Origin: Guillardia theta CCMP2712 | Taxonomy: Eukaryota; Protista; Cryptophyta | Direction of reading: 5' to 3' | Assembly: GCF_000315625.1 (NCBI RefSeq) | Contig: NW_005434595.1 | Coordinates: forward strand, 106,442 to 170,441 | DNA: 64,000 nucleotides | The notes under the pieces: generated by a model | Told to the model about the DNA's origin: nothing | What the model saw: the letters and a program-made list of their open reading frames with translations, nothing else | The model's database searches: none | Shown: one piece after another, positions 24,480 to 37,794 of the stretch | Numbering within the stretch: the stretch's first letter is position 1 | Layout: the number at the start of each line of letters is the position of its first letter | Translations under genes and position numbers: made by a program

Positions 24480-26081
24480 GGAAGCGAGTGAAGGGGGGGG
24501 GGGGATGATGGAGGGAGAGGGGTGAGAGGGAGAGGGAGGGATATTTTGCAGGTGCCGTTGACTATCCGAAAGGTTCAAACTGAACGGAAGGGATTATGGC
24601 ATCAAGCAGTTCAGAGCACAAAACAGCTTCACCATCCCCAGACGTGAGTATGAAATGACATGTAGACCAACCTCATCATGTCAAGAAAATGCATGTCATA
24701 GTCAGAAAACTGCATTTCAAAGATACTATCACTCATGACAACCGGACAAGAAAACAACATAAACCACACACACAAAGTCAGGCAGGCCGACAGACAAAGA
24801 CACGAAGAAAAACAAGCAGGAAAGAGGGCAGACGTACATGACATGTTCAAACACTCAAACAGGCAACAAGTGAACGTGACTTGAGTTTTACATCAGGTGA
24901 AAGTCAGTATCTCTCGCCCCTAGGACTTCCGTTCGCTACCGGGTCAGCGACTGAAGATCATTTCTGTTCTCTGAGATTCAAATTTTCAGGGGAAATTTGC
25001 AAGGAGAGCGAAAATCAAACCTGCGATTTGAGTATCCCAAGGTAGCCTTTACTTTGACATGTTTTGCACTTTGATGTGGAACATGTTAAAATCATAAATG
25101 TTGTTTAATGTCCTAGAATGAGTGATGTGATGTTTGACACTGTAAGATATTGTTTCGTGTCTTCTAACCATCTCCTCTCCTCCCCCTCGTCTCCTCCCTC
25201 TCTCCTCTCTCCTCCCTCTCTCCTCTCTTCTCTCCTCTCCTCTCCTCTCCTCTCCTCTCCTCTCCTCTCCTCTCCTCTCCTCTCCTCTCCTCTCCTNNNN
25301 NNNNNNNNNNNNNNNNNNNNNNNNNNNNNNNNNNNNNNNNNNNNNNNNNNNNNNNNNNNNNNNNNNNNNNNNNNNNNNNNNNNNNNNNNNNNNNNNGAAC
25401 GGTCGAAAACCTCCCTCCCTCCCCCTTTCCCCCCCCTTCCCCCCACTGTCTATTCTTCCTTCGTCACCTTCTCTTCCCCACTTTCCAGCTCTCTCCTCTC
25501 CTCTCTCTCTGTTGCCCTTCTCTCCCCCTCCCTCCCTTCCTCCTCCTTCTCTCCCTTCCTCCTCCCTTCCCTTACTGCTTTCCCTGCTACTCTCTCCTTT
25601 ACCTCTTCAGCAGGTTCGCTGCGGGGCAAGCTGCGGGAGTCTCAGGCTGACGGCGTAGACTTTTGCATGTACGATGAGAGGAGAAGAGGAGAGATGAGAG
25701 CGGAGCAGCAGATCATCCTGATCTTGGAACTGACAGGACCACTGCTGGGCCGACGTCATGCTCGCAGAACAGAGTGAGCGGGAAGGAGGGAGGGAGAGCT
25801 GCGGTGAATGTAAACCTTGCAGGTGAAAACAAGCAGAATTGTGGGAGATGGAGTCAAGATAGTGAGTTCACTCCCTTTTTCTCTGCTTCTCTTTTCCTCC
25901 TCCTCCTTCTTATTCCATCGCAGCCATTCGCCTTCGAGCCTCAAGAGTGCTATTCGCCGTTAAAAAGCCCAGAGAGGTCCTCCTTCTCTCCCCCCCCCCC
26001 CCGCCCCCCCCCCCCCCCTCCTCTTCCTCTCTCTTCCTCGTCCTCCTCCTTCCGATCTCACCATCTTCTCAGGAGGTGACT

Positions 26082-27442
26082 TCAGCTCGTAAACTTCTTA
26101 ATGATCTCCACCTCCTCCTGCATGCAGCGGTCGAACAGCTCAGGGGACGCTCCTCCTGCGCCTACCGAGGAAGAAGTTCCTCCTCCTTCGCCTTGAGAGC
26201 TCGTCCGATCTGCTTCCTCGCAGATGAGGGGAGCTCCTTGTGCAGCAGCCAGAGCTTGCGTGCCGCATCGTTGTCTACTCCCTCCTCCTTCCCGTCCTTG
26301 AACGAGAAAGGTTTGTATCCAGATGTTGTGGGGTCTGGGCTGGCAGTGAACCAGTGTACTGCTCCTCCACTCTTTCCTCCTCCTCCCTGTTGAAGGACAG
26401 AAATTTGGCTCCCCACCGACTCGAAGCCTCCTTGCATGCATATTCCCGACCTCACGTCTCGGAGACACTTGGCCATGCTAGGAACGTCCACACGAAGTCC
26501 CTCCTCCTCCTTGCACATCTTCTCCAGCCACTCCTTCCCTGCTGCTTCCCTTCCTTCCGGCTCCAGGTCATCAGCCACCAGACCTCCTCTCCCTCCTCCC
26601 AGCATGACAACCTTCCAGTCGAACTCTACAGCTCCATCCCACCACCCCTCGGCCTTGGCAGTCTCTAGCAGCTTCGAGTGCGTCAGGTCAGGGCGGCGAA
26701 TGCTCACTCCATTGGAAATGTTTCTCCTCCTCCCCTTGCCCACCCTCTCCGCTGCCCACCAGCTCCGCCCTCCCGTCTCCATCACCCACGCCTCCTCTGC
26801 GTCTGCGAAGATGAAGGAGTTCTCGTAGCACCAGTCTCCGTCCTCCTCGCACGGCCCTCCCTGCCCGTGAGCCTCCAGCAGCGCCGCCGCAACCTCAACA
26901 GCCTCGCGTGCTCCTGCCGCTCGCTCGAGCACCAGTCGAACGAGGTCCATCCCGAGCAGCCGCTTCCCGCCATCGTCGCAGGAGGAAGCTTCTCTTGTCG
27001 TTACCGCCTCGTTCCCTGCGCACAGTCCCATCTCGTTGGCTCCCATCTCAGCTCCCCACAGCCATGCCGGTCGGCTGAGAATGACAGCAAAAGTCTTTCT
27101 TGCCTGAGGGATCTCAATGTACTGGCAGCGAACCTTGCTGCCCTCTGCATGCTCCTGAGAGTTGAAGCGAACGACCTCGTGCACTTCCGTGCATGGCCTG
27201 TCGCTGTTCTTGCTGAAGATAGTTGCTCCTTCTGCTCCGACGATGACGAAGGAGTCGCAAGACTGAGGAGGACGAGTGTGCATGTTGGTATCTAGGATTC
27301 TGCTGGCAGGGTTACTTCTCTTTGAAAACTTTGAGGGGCGGGGCAGAGCAGGGGGGTAGGAATTCAGAAGACCGTCCACAATCAAGAAGCAAGGAAAGAA
27401 AAGAAAACTCCAAAACAATCTTGATCGCATCCTATCAGTCAC
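26082..27442 (-). CDS. SCRN: Secernin-like peptidase (family C69, Ntn-hydrolase), with an apparent frameshift near the 3' end
   Basis: SCDSFV nucleophile Cys motif, FSKNSDRP, SRPAWLWGAEMGANE, GNEAV, LLGMDLVRL, HWFTASPDP...YKPF. Confidence 0.9.
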
Positions 27443-27879
27443 AAAAGTTCAGGAGATTCAGGGCGACTGCTTCATCGAATTGAAGAGCCTACAAACGCAT
27501 ACAACAACTTGTGTTATCACTCTAAAACATTGGTAAAAGAATTGAAATCGGTAGAAACAAGAAACAACATCAACGTGTTCAAAAAATCTTAATCTTTACT
27601 CCTTTGACTCCCCCTCCCTCCCTCCCTCCCTCCCTCCCTCCCTCTCCCTCCCCCTCCCCTCCTCCCTCCCTCCTCTCTCTCTCTCTCTCTCCCTTTTCCT
27701 TCGACGTTTCCTCTATGCAGGGATCGGACCTTCCACTTCATCTTTCAAAAAGTCACTGATAATTTGAAAATATAAAGTCAATTTTGATGCCAGAATACCA
27801 AATCTGATCGGGGAAGTTGTAAGAGTAAGCAGGAAGATGACCAACAGGCGCATCATCATTCAAGGCTGACTGACCCTAT

Positions 27880-28060
27880 AGCCTTCAGTCACCTGGCACC
27901 CGGCGATCCCGGCGGGCCCGAGCCTCCAACTCCGATGATCATCGATCGGGCCTCGCCGGCACTGAGGCTACTAACACAGCCGAGTCACATAGCCGCTCGG
28001 AGTGGAGCGCCGCCAGGCCGTGGCATCGGAGCTTAGGTGACGGTCATCGAGTGACAGGCT
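27880..28060. other. GC-rich intergenic island, copy B
   Basis: CCGG/GGCC, CCGATGATCATCGATCGG, GAGTCAC; just 3' of the CUL4 stop. Confidence 0.5.
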
Positions 28061-28101
28061 TGAAGGCAGAGAGCGCGTAAACGGCTGACAGCGATACAAT
28101 C

Positions 28102-31100
28102 TTATGCAAGATACTTGTAGACAGAGGGGCTATCCCGGTCCCTCTCTAGGTACTCTCTCTCTATCAGCGACTCGATCCTCTTCTTGAGGTCAGGAGGAGT
28201 CACTGGGAACTTGAGGATCTTGAACAGCTCTGAGATCAGCAGTGTGTGCGAGAGCGACTTTCTCGCCTTCATCACCCTCACTATAGCTGCGTCCACCTGG
28301 TACTGGCGGTCCTGGAAGACACTCTCGGTAGTCTTGTCGTTCTCTTCCTGAGTTTCCTTGAGCTGGATGGAGTTCACTTTGATTCTCAGCTGCTTGCTCT
28401 CGAACTTGGAGTTGAAAGTGAAACTGTCCCCGTCCTCCACGTCCCGACCCTTGGGCGACTGCGAGGAAGCATGAGGAAGGGAGAGCAATGAAGGGGATGG
28501 GACGGGACAAGAGGGAACTTCAACAACACAACGACTAGCAGGACCGCTGCTCACCTTGTTGAGGATTTTGATTTTCGCGCATGCCAATGACTGCAGGGTC
28601 ACCCGAAGCTCCTTGTCGTCCATCCCCACCGCCTACATCGAGACGTTAAGACAAGAGGAGCAAGCAGCAAGCTGCTGGAGGCCTACCCCAGCTATCTCCG
28701 AGAAGCTCAACTCGTCCGAACCGTTGAACAGCAGCAAGACCGCGGCTTGATACAACGAGACCAACAGCTCTTTCCTGCCTGCAGCATTCGGCCGGAACGT
28801 TGCCTGCAATATCATCAGGTCTACATCGCCGTGCTAGCAACCAGGCTTGACCTTCAACGAGCAGTGAGCCAGCGAGTTCTGCCACGTGAGCCTTCGCCCT
28901 TGATGCTTTGAAAGATAGAATTTCTCAAAGGCTTCTTGGTGATCGAGGATCTCCTTCGGCTGCTCTAGATGTCAGACACACAACAAACGAACAAGGAGGA
29001 GCGCTCGTGCACCAAGTTCAGTGGAGCAGGAGGATACGCGGGCCAATATCCGGTTGTCAAGACATGAACAGACAACTCGCTAGTGACCTAAACAAGAAAT
29101 GAGAAACAAGTGGGATGAAGTTCACAATGCCCAGTGTCAAAGCTCACTTTGTCGCTCAGATCCTTTCTTACGCTCGAGTTCGAATAGGCTGTCATGATGT
29201 CCTTTGACAACTCCATGTCCTGGTCGTGTTATCAGCGAGAACCAGCAGATCAAAATCCAGTTTACCTTGAACATCCCCTCTAGCTTGTTTGTGAATGATG
29301 ATCCACATTCTTGCTTTAATTTTGAAATGATTGCCTTCTCAGCATCTATTGAAGCGCTCTTGTTCAAAAGCAATCTCTTTGCGAGATCTTTCTTGAAGAA
29401 TGCCTCAAAGACATCTTTCCCCTGCAGATATCTGTTGCAGATCGCAATCAATTTCAAGCGAAGAAGAGAATCGGCAAAAAGAAATCACCGAAATAGGATC
29501 AAAACACGCTCGAGAATGAGCTCGGACTCCTGTTCTGAGATTCCCTTGCCTCCAGACCGCAACTGTTGAAAGGTTTGAGAATTGCACAAGAATGTATACT
29601 TGAATCAACCTGTTGATCTACAAACTTCGCTATCAGCTCTGCAGGTTTGTTCTGTCTTGCATTTATCAAAGTCTCAAAAGCATCTTTCAAGGCATGGCCT
29701 AGAAACGAAATTAGATGTCAAGCCGTTGATCTTACATCGGCAGAAAAAAGACATACTGAGTTCATCGTTGGAAGCGAAAGCTTGTTCCAGCAGTTCATCT
29801 AATCGAGCTTTGAAATCCAATAGGTCTTGAACCATCTCTAAGCCTCTTTCGTCATTCATCACAATTTCTACTCCAGTCTTCTTAATGTAAGCTGAGAAGG
29901 CTTGCTGAAAGGACGTCAGGTTGTGTTCAGCCCATCTATCAAGATTCTTACTCGGATGTTTGAAAGTCCATTTACACGCAAAAGTAAATTGTACAAGCGC
30001 TGAAGATCCTTGATTCTGATTGGACGCATGTCAGTGCCAACATTTCATCCTTTCCACAAGAGATGCACCGATGTTGTGTCATTAAGATTTCAAAACCTTT
30101 GTCTACAATGGTCTGTGCATGTGCCTGTGTCATGTGTCAACAGAAGGCAAGCGATTCACAACCATCTAAAATCAAGACTTGCCTCTAACAATTGTGCGTC
30201 CAGTTTTGAGATTAGCGGTTTTTTGGTTTGAATATCAAGATAATGACCAATCCTATCATGTTCCTGAAGAGCAAGTGAACATCTTGGATGAAATGCATTT
30301 GAATTTCACCTCCTCGATTCTACGTTCAACAAACAGCAAATAATTTGGGATATCAAGATCCTGTAACTTGTCACTTCCCTCCTGTCACACATACGTCAGT
30401 ATTACATAAGTACGGGCTGGCCATGCGCACCTGTCGATAAAACGACTCTGTATCGGCAAGAAATGCAGTTTCGAAGCTTGAATATAATTGTAATTGAGCC
30501 AGCATTCTTAACAGATTTCGGAGTAGTGACCGATTCACCTGTACATGAATTAGACCACTGCCGATACTGACTGCAAATATCATACCATGTCACCAGATCT
30601 CTCCTGCAATATCAAACTTAGCATGCCAGAGACTATCTTGTTCTGAACTTCAGGTGCTGAATTCAAATGCTTTCTAAAAGACTGCATTCATATAAGGTCA
30701 CAATTCTGTGACACTTTTTCCTCAAATTCTACCTGTAACCCCATTGCCCAAAGCGAGCAAACATTGCTTGATTGTATAACATAAGTTCTATCCTGTCGTT
30801 AAAATCAGGAACATTGTCAAGGTCAGACGGATAGCAACACCGACCAGGTACAAAAATATTGATCTAATAAGGGACATTTGATTGCAATGTTTTTGCCAGC
30901 AAGCTTCGACCGTCTCCAGGAAGATAGTAGCATCATCTGGTTGACCGACCTGAAGACCGAATGACCCTCACTTTCATCCAGGCTTCATCACAAATGCATA
31001 CCAGCGATTCTATCTCGGACTTGATGTGCTCTTCACAATCATTTTGTAAACGGGAATAAAGATTTGGGCCCAATTTGTGTATACATAAATCTTCAACGGC

Positions 31101-31571
31101 CTGACGCAAATATCAGAGCAAGGAAACATATAGTTAGGAAAGTCAGTTACCTTGTACAATTCTTCAAAACTTTGCTCGACAGGTTGCTCACGATGGACTG
31201 CGTGCACAGACATCTTAAGCTTCTTCCAAGTATCCTCTTCAAAGGTTTCTGGCAACTTGGGTTTTTCTGCGGTGGATTGGTCAACCAGAGAACACAGCTT
31301 GCACGTCGCAACACAAACCTTTCTTGAGGGAAATAATCATTTTCTTAGGATGAGCCCTGTTCTCACCAATCTGAGGCCTAGTGGACGGAAGGTTTCGACC
31401 GGAAGCACTGATGCCATCTTTATCCGTCTCCATCTTCTCTGAGCTGCTCACTGAGCTGTTCAAAGGCTCTTGCTCGTTTGTCAACGTCCGAAGACGCTTC
31501 TTCGCTGGTTCACCAACCGGCTTGTTCCACTTATCTTTGTCAGTGACTTGAGCACGAGATGCTCTTTGCAT
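28102..31571 (-). CDS. CUL4: Cullin-4 (multi-exon; 5' end uncertain)
   Basis: [10 protein letters not shown]...EELY; [11 protein letters not shown]; [21 protein letters not shown]; [15 protein letters not shown]; neddylation domain [18 protein letters not shown]...[17 protein letters not shown]. Confidence 0.95.
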
Positions 31572-32539
31572 TCAAACAGAAACAGAGACAGATGCAGGCA
31601 CAATCAGCGCCCCGCTATCTACTCCTTGCAATTTCGGGAGGCAAAGAACTGGCAAGTGGATCCGAGGAGATCGCTCAGCAAAAGAACGCCACAGCAGATC
31701 CTTTGCAACTTGACTGACAGGTCCAACAAGTCTTTCAATACCTCCCTGTAAGTAATTCACAGAAGGAAAAGGAGAATGAAGTCAGATTGAAGCCATTACG
31801 GCCACAAGCAGATCAACAAATGTACCTTCGACGCGCTTCATCTCTCGGACATTATGAGGTGGTCAGATCCCTGCATTCCCAGCTGAACGAAAATCAGACA
31901 ATCCAGCAGATAATCAACCATGCATTTCAGAAATGCCGCATCGAACAGGAATCACTACGAGGAATAAACTGGAATATGTGCTTAGATACAATTTTCCCAC
32001 CGACAGAATCTTGTATCACGATGAGCTAATATTCAACATGTTCACGCTTGCCCTTCGTGCACATGAGAATGCATATGTATCTGAAATCACTCTACCATCT
32101 GCAAAATCGCATATAGTATGAAAGCATGTCATTTCTAAGTGATCAACGCCACATGCCCACTTTGAGATACGGCAATTCCATGAAATCTTCCCTATCGGTC
32201 ATTCACGCAATTCGAAGTATCTACGATCATTACATTCCAAGAATATTACAACACATCTACAGAGTACGCTGTCACTTTTCCTGACAATCTCTGGCTCCTT
32301 CCTCTCCCATTGCTGCTGCTGACAAGCTTGAAAACTTCAAAGTTACCACTTCAACCAACTGGCATCCTTATCCAACCTTGTTAATACATCCCTCCCTGAC
32401 TTTCATCAACAGCACCACAACTATCATATCCAACTTTCCTTCTTTCATGATTCTTCTCCGCGGCTCCATTTCGCTCCCTGCATCTTATCCGCCTGCTCTT
32501 CTCGCCATCACGAGCCGCCGCCGCCAAAACTTTCACTCA

Positions 32540-32960
32540 ATGCCGCTACCCTACCCATCTACTGTAGCGGTTTGCAAGTTCAACCACCCCTGGATCTACT
32601 CACTACCCCCAAAAACTGGAATAAACCCCACTATTTCAAATTTATTTCGTGGTACTAGAGGGGGTACTTTCATGACCCCACCCTTAATCAAAGTATATCC
32701 CTACCCCCGGACATGAATCTACCACCCTACCCATGGTGTGCAATGTTTGGGTTGACGGAGGTCGGGCAAACAATAATTATTGCAGTGGGGTGGGTAGTTC
32801 TGAAGGGGGTGGGGGTAGGAGATCTTTGTTGACGAATCCACTATAGGGTGGGGGTTTTGAAAGGGTACTTTGGGAAAATCATGGTAGGGGTCAGCACAAG
32901 AGGGTGGGGTAGTCGTGGAGAGGATGAGGAGGGTGGGGGTGGTACCTTTCCCGCGCTTTT
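32540..32960. promoter_or_regulatory. TACCCC/GGGGTA-rich divergent intergenic tract
   Basis: CTACCCCC at about 32603 and 32701, GGGGGTACT at about 32660, GGGGTAG at about 32813 and 32906. Confidence 0.45.
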
Positions 32961-33045
32961 GGTTATTATGGAGTTCGAGCCGATCCCAACGAGCGGATGG
33001 AGAGGAGGGAGGGAGGAGGGAGGGAGGAGGGAGGGAGGAAAGAAG

Positions 33046-33891
33046 ATGAATGGAGGGAATGAATCGATGTCTCCTTTTTCATCGCCCTCTCTCTCCCCTT
33101 CTGATTCATCTGGACCTCCTTCTCCTTCCCTTCCACCCCTTCCTCAACCGCCTACCTCCCTGAGTGCGAACAGCGACCAGTCTCGTCAACAAGGCTCATT
33201 GTGTGTGCTTGAGCGACCAGAAACTACATCTACAGTCGATCTTGATGCGGACTATTTCAAACAAATGTCTCTAGGTCAAGACAATCACGTGGAGCAACAG
33301 TGTTATATGAGGGATTCGTCGCATGGAAGGGAGAAGGACGTGGAGGATCAGGTGTCGGCGCCACAAAGCCAAAGCTCTCTGTCGCGGCCATCCTGGAATA
33401 GCACAGCAATATTGCAGAAGAAGATGATAGAACAAGTGGCAAGAGAAGCAGACAAGAAAAACATCGAAAAAGAAGTGGCGAGAGAAATGAAGCGAATCAG
33501 CAAGCATGAGCGATCTGTTAAAGAACAACAGGCCAACACTTTGAAAGGAAACATAGGCATCTCATCAACTGGCTTGGCTGGAGAAAACCATTTTTCAGGG
33601 CTCACTGCTATCGATGACCACAAACCATCTCAGGTACTTCGACCGAAGGTGGTCAGGAAGCAAGTGGATCCTAAATGGGAATCCAACCTGGAGCTTTGCC
33701 CTGACATATCCCTGTTCAAGAACGATACTCCGTATAAGCAAAACAAAGGATGTGCGCTTCCTAAAGTGAGTGCCGACGTAAAGATGACGCGTCTTCCGTT
33801 CAGCTGCAGCCCTGTGTACCTTGACAGCTGTCTACGGGAGGACTTCTCTTGGAAGGAGATGTTTGAAGCTGATACGTCTGCGTTACGATAG
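33046..33891 (+). CDS. Hypothetical protein
   Basis: Long ORF (32848..33891) with coding-like composition from ATG 33046. Confidence 0.55.
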   Translation: MNGGNESMSPFSSPSLSPSDSSGPPSPSLPPLPQPPTSLSANSDQSRQQGSLCVLERPETTSTVDLDADYFKQMSLGQDNHVEQQCYMRDSSHGREKDVEDQVSAPQSQSSLSRPSWNSTAILQKKMIEQVAREADKKNIEKEVAREMKRISKHERSVKEQQANTLKGNIGISSTGLAGENHFSGLTAIDDHKPSQVLRPKVVRKQVDPKWESNLELCPDISLFKNDTPYKQNKGCALPKVSADVKMTRLPFSCSPVYLDSCLREDFSWKEMFEADTSALR

Positions 33892-34216
33892 ATCTCACAC
33901 GATGTTTGAGAACATCTTGTTGATGAGTGCAGAACGTTTGTAGATTTAGATTACTTATTTCAGTCTAGCTTGAATGAAGGAAGAATTTCGAGAATTTGGT
34001 TTTAAATGCGCTTTTAGAAACGAATTTACATGATGAAAGGGTTTGAACGTTGCGTTGCATACCGACTAGAATAAGCAAACACAAATCGTGATGATAGTAA
34101 GGAAGTTCTGATGAAGACATCTCCGCAAGGTTGATAAAAAATGATGATCCAGTTGATATCTAGTTCTCCCACAGTTCAACCGCGCCGAATCAATAAAAAT
34201 ATACAGATCCCGAGCA

Positions 34217-35285
34217 TCATGCAGGAAGATCCAGCTTACACGGCCATTTCTTGCCATCCTTCTTTGACCAGGATTCATTCCCCGTGGACAGGCCACCACT
34301 GGAAGCAACAGATGGAGTGAAGCTGTCTCGAGCACTGTCTGCCTTCGGGTCGATTTGTTTGGCAGATGAAAGGGAGGACCGAGACGTCCTGTCTGTGGTT
34401 CTTCCTCTCCCCTCGTCCTCATTCAAAAGGGCCGCCCTCTCGAGGTCGACATTCTGCACGTTGCAAGTCAACACAAACTTGCAGCACAAGAAACATCAAG
34501 GCTTAAGCTCTCACCTCTTCTGGAACATTTGCCAGTTCAAACAACATCTCAGAGGCAAACTTGGACAACGGGAGGGAACATACCAACTTGATCAAGATAG
34601 AGAGGACAATCCCAACTGAAAAGACGAAGGGGCCGAACGCCCATATCGAGTGACGCCCCTGGCCACTCTTCAAAGCATCATCTTGAAGACTGTCAGATGT
34701 TGCTTTCCCACTTTGAGATTCCGTGCTTTCAACAGCAGATAATTTGTTCGATGAAGAATGCAGAACTCCACCTTTGACCGACTTCTTCGCCTTGGCTTGC
34801 AACGTTGTCCCTCCCGCCACCATCTTCATGCGATTCGCGACTGATGGAACAACTACTTCATGTTGCTTCCCTGCAATCCACTGGGTCCAACTCCATCGAT
34901 GGGGCGGTAATAGCCCTTTCCAGTTTATCGATAATATCTCCTTCCCGGCTGAACGACCTATCATAAGGACAGGCAGAGTTAGACACATTCCCAATAGCAC
35001 GACAGTGGCCCGCATCTCTTTGCTCTTGATCCCCAAAGGAAAAACATTTTGCCCTGTTCCATGGCCCCTTCCCGTGTCCCTGGTATTCGAGCTTTGCGTA
35101 TGCTCAATTTTAGTAGGTTCGACTGCATGAACACTTCCATATCCGACAATCGTCGGTGCGAATGGATGAGGCGAAGGAGCAAAGACGGCATGACAATGAG
35201 ATTTCACTCCTGATGCACAGCCTCCTCCTCCTCCTCCTCCTCCTCCTCCTCCTCCTCCTCGCATTCCTGGCTCGCTCTCTTTCAT
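34217..35285 (-). CDS. Hypothetical membrane protein
   Basis: Hydrophobic segments MRATVVLLGMCLTLPVLMIG and WAFGPFVFSVGIVLSILIKL; terminal exon 34217..about 34455. Confidence 0.55.
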
Positions 35286-35429
35286 GGCATGAAAGTAGGA
35301 GCCTCCATTGGCAATTGCAATTCCGAAAATAGACACCGATAACGGCATGTAACCGTCCGGGGCTAACCGGGCAGCAGGCCCGGCCACTATCACTATCAAT
35401 TACTCGAGGATGTCAAGTTGGCACAAAGA

Positions 35430-35850
35430 AGTTGGTTATAAGAGACCCTACCCCTCCAATCGTGAGATTTTTGTAGGTACAAAGGTGGGTGTCTTCTAGT
35501 CAGACGTCACTACCCCTTCCAATTCCATCACCCCACCCCACACTATGAAGTTTTATGACCCTTTCTTCCTAGCAAGATGGGTTGTGCACTACCCTACCCC
35601 TGTATCTAAACACGTTTCGGCCTAATAAAAGTCACCCATTTGGCAATGGGTACCACCCGTCGGACCACCCACCACCTGACCAAAAATCCGATGACCCACC
35701 CCACATAAATGTGACGTTTTCATACATTTTTATGACAAAATAAGGGGTACAACATTTCGCATACTACCCCTGGTGAGTAGAAATATCGACTTACTACCCT
35801 ACCCCCCATGAGCAATAATAATGCTAGGCTACCTACCCGTACACCACCTC
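35430..35850. promoter_or_regulatory. TACCCC-rich divergent intergenic tract
   Basis: CTACCCC at about 35447, 35510, 35594, 35764 and 35799; GGGGTAC at 35744. Confidence 0.45.
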
Positions 35851-36348
35851 TTGAAGAAATGGACGATGTCACATGGACAAGAGGCGAAGAGGAAATGGTT
35901 CAGGAGGGGAGGGAGGTGTAGAGATATATGAGCATGTGAGGAAACGAAGGAACCTTGTGAGAGGACAAGATGTGCATACATTCAGGCATGTAGACTAGGA
36001 TGCAGGTTCAACATTGTGCCTGTGAGCATGGACAGCAGGAACTTCACAAGAAGGATAGGAATGGCACAGGTGGGTGAGAAGGAGACAGGGAGACAGGGAG
36101 ACAGGGAGATTGAAGAGGCAGATCTGAACAGCTGCCACCTTTCAACTCTCACATCAAAACCAATCTTGTTTAAGAAGCCAATATGAGGAGAAGTCGCATA
36201 CTATGAATTGTAGATTGTGACAAGACCTTTCAAGTGTTTGTCGGCGTTCCTTGTGCTTCGCGTCATTTTTTTTTGACATTTGTAAACAGGCGTTGTATTG
36301 AGATTGGTTTCTTGCTCCTCATGTTTGTGGTGGAACAGTGTTAGATCC

Positions 36349-37593
36349 ATGTGCACTTGCGTCAACACAAAGCTACTGAATCAGCATCTCAGCCTGCGCA
36401 GAAGAAGCGTCGCACGTTATTCTCTTTGTCTTCATTCGTTCGTTATGTTCCTGTCATCGGCACATCCTGCCAGTTCCAGTCCGCAGAGCCATCAAACATG
36501 CACCGAAGCTGTGAACTCAGACTTAGGTAATTCCAAACTTTCCAACGATAACAAGTTTGCTTTCTTGGCATGGCCCAACCAACTCTTTCAACCGAGGACA
36601 AACAAGGGCTCGACGGCCTTCTCCCCGCAGATGCGGACATCCAAGGCACATGAAGGGAGAGCGTGCACGAGACAGCATCAGCAAGCTTCCAGGACCCTCA
36701 TGAGCGGAGCGGCACACGACGATTGGGGGTCTGCGTCGGGGCACAGGTTCTTGTTTCTGCGCCATGGGAAAACCAACTACAATGCTGAAGGGAGGATACA
36801 AGGATCCACAGATTTCTCTAGGTTGACGGAGGAAGGAGAAGCGCAAGCAAGCTCTGTAGGAAGGATCCTGTCTGATATCCCCATAGACTCTGTCTTTGTC
36901 TCCCCGTTGACAAGAGCTCGGATGACGCTAGAACTGGCAGCAGCGGGGTCAGGAAGAAATCTCTCGGACTCTGCGATGGTTCTGGACGACTTGCGCGAAG
37001 TCGATCTGCATGAGTGGGAAGGGATGCTGAAGAAGGTGAGTTCGTGCTGAGAGTTGTCGGCATGGTGAACATGTCTGGAGCAGGAGATCAAGGAGATGTA
37101 CCCCGATATCTACTCCCTGTGGCGAGGTGAGAACCCACGAGAGTTCAAGTTAGACTCGGGCAAGTATCCCATCAGAGATCTCTGGAAACGAGCCGGGAAG
37201 GTGTGGGAAGTCCTGAGGCGAGATGCTGCCAACGGCAAGACGAGTTTGATCGTAGCACACAATGGCATCAATCAGGTCAAGATCGCAATGCAGATATCTT
37301 CTCTCCTCCTCACTCTCCTCACCCCAGGCTCTCCTCTGCACGACCCTGGGTTTGTCAGAAGAATATTTCCGAAAGCTCGAGTTTCCCAACTGCGGAATCG
37401 CTGAAGTGATTGTACCGTACGGTGAGTGACCGTCAATTCTTCGTCCAAGAACGTGCTGACTGGCAGTACAGGGCAGAGCAAGGCGAAGCAGTGGCGGTGG
37501 CTCTACCCCACTCCATCAGAATGGTCCTACCATGAGATGTACACCACTGATGATGATGCGGAGGAAACAAGCAAGACGTCTGCCTCCATGTGA
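36349..37593 (+). CDS. Histidine phosphatase (phosphoglycerate mutase family), similar to 2-carboxy-D-arabinitol-1-phosphatase; probably plastid-targeted
   Basis: LRHGKTNYNAEGRIQGSTDFSRLT, SPLTRARMT, LREVDLHEWEG, IVAHNGINQ; long N-terminal extension. Confidence 0.85.
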
Positions 37594-37794
37594 TGTCGAC
37601 ATGTGATGTCGATGTCGACCTTGGATAGTTCTTGCATCGTCACACAACAAGTATTGTTCATGTGTAGTGATGATAATGTTTGTGGTGTGCATGTATCATT
37701 CTGATTGAGTCTTCTTCATTTCTTCTCAGCTCAAAGTGTTCTCATAAAATTGTACAAAGCTTTCAATCGCTAACATTGGTCAATCTCGTCCGAG

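Noticed and set aside
24500-26080. Possible exons between the 24479 stop and the secernin 3' end
   Set aside because: No coherent model; mostly simple repeats and a gap.
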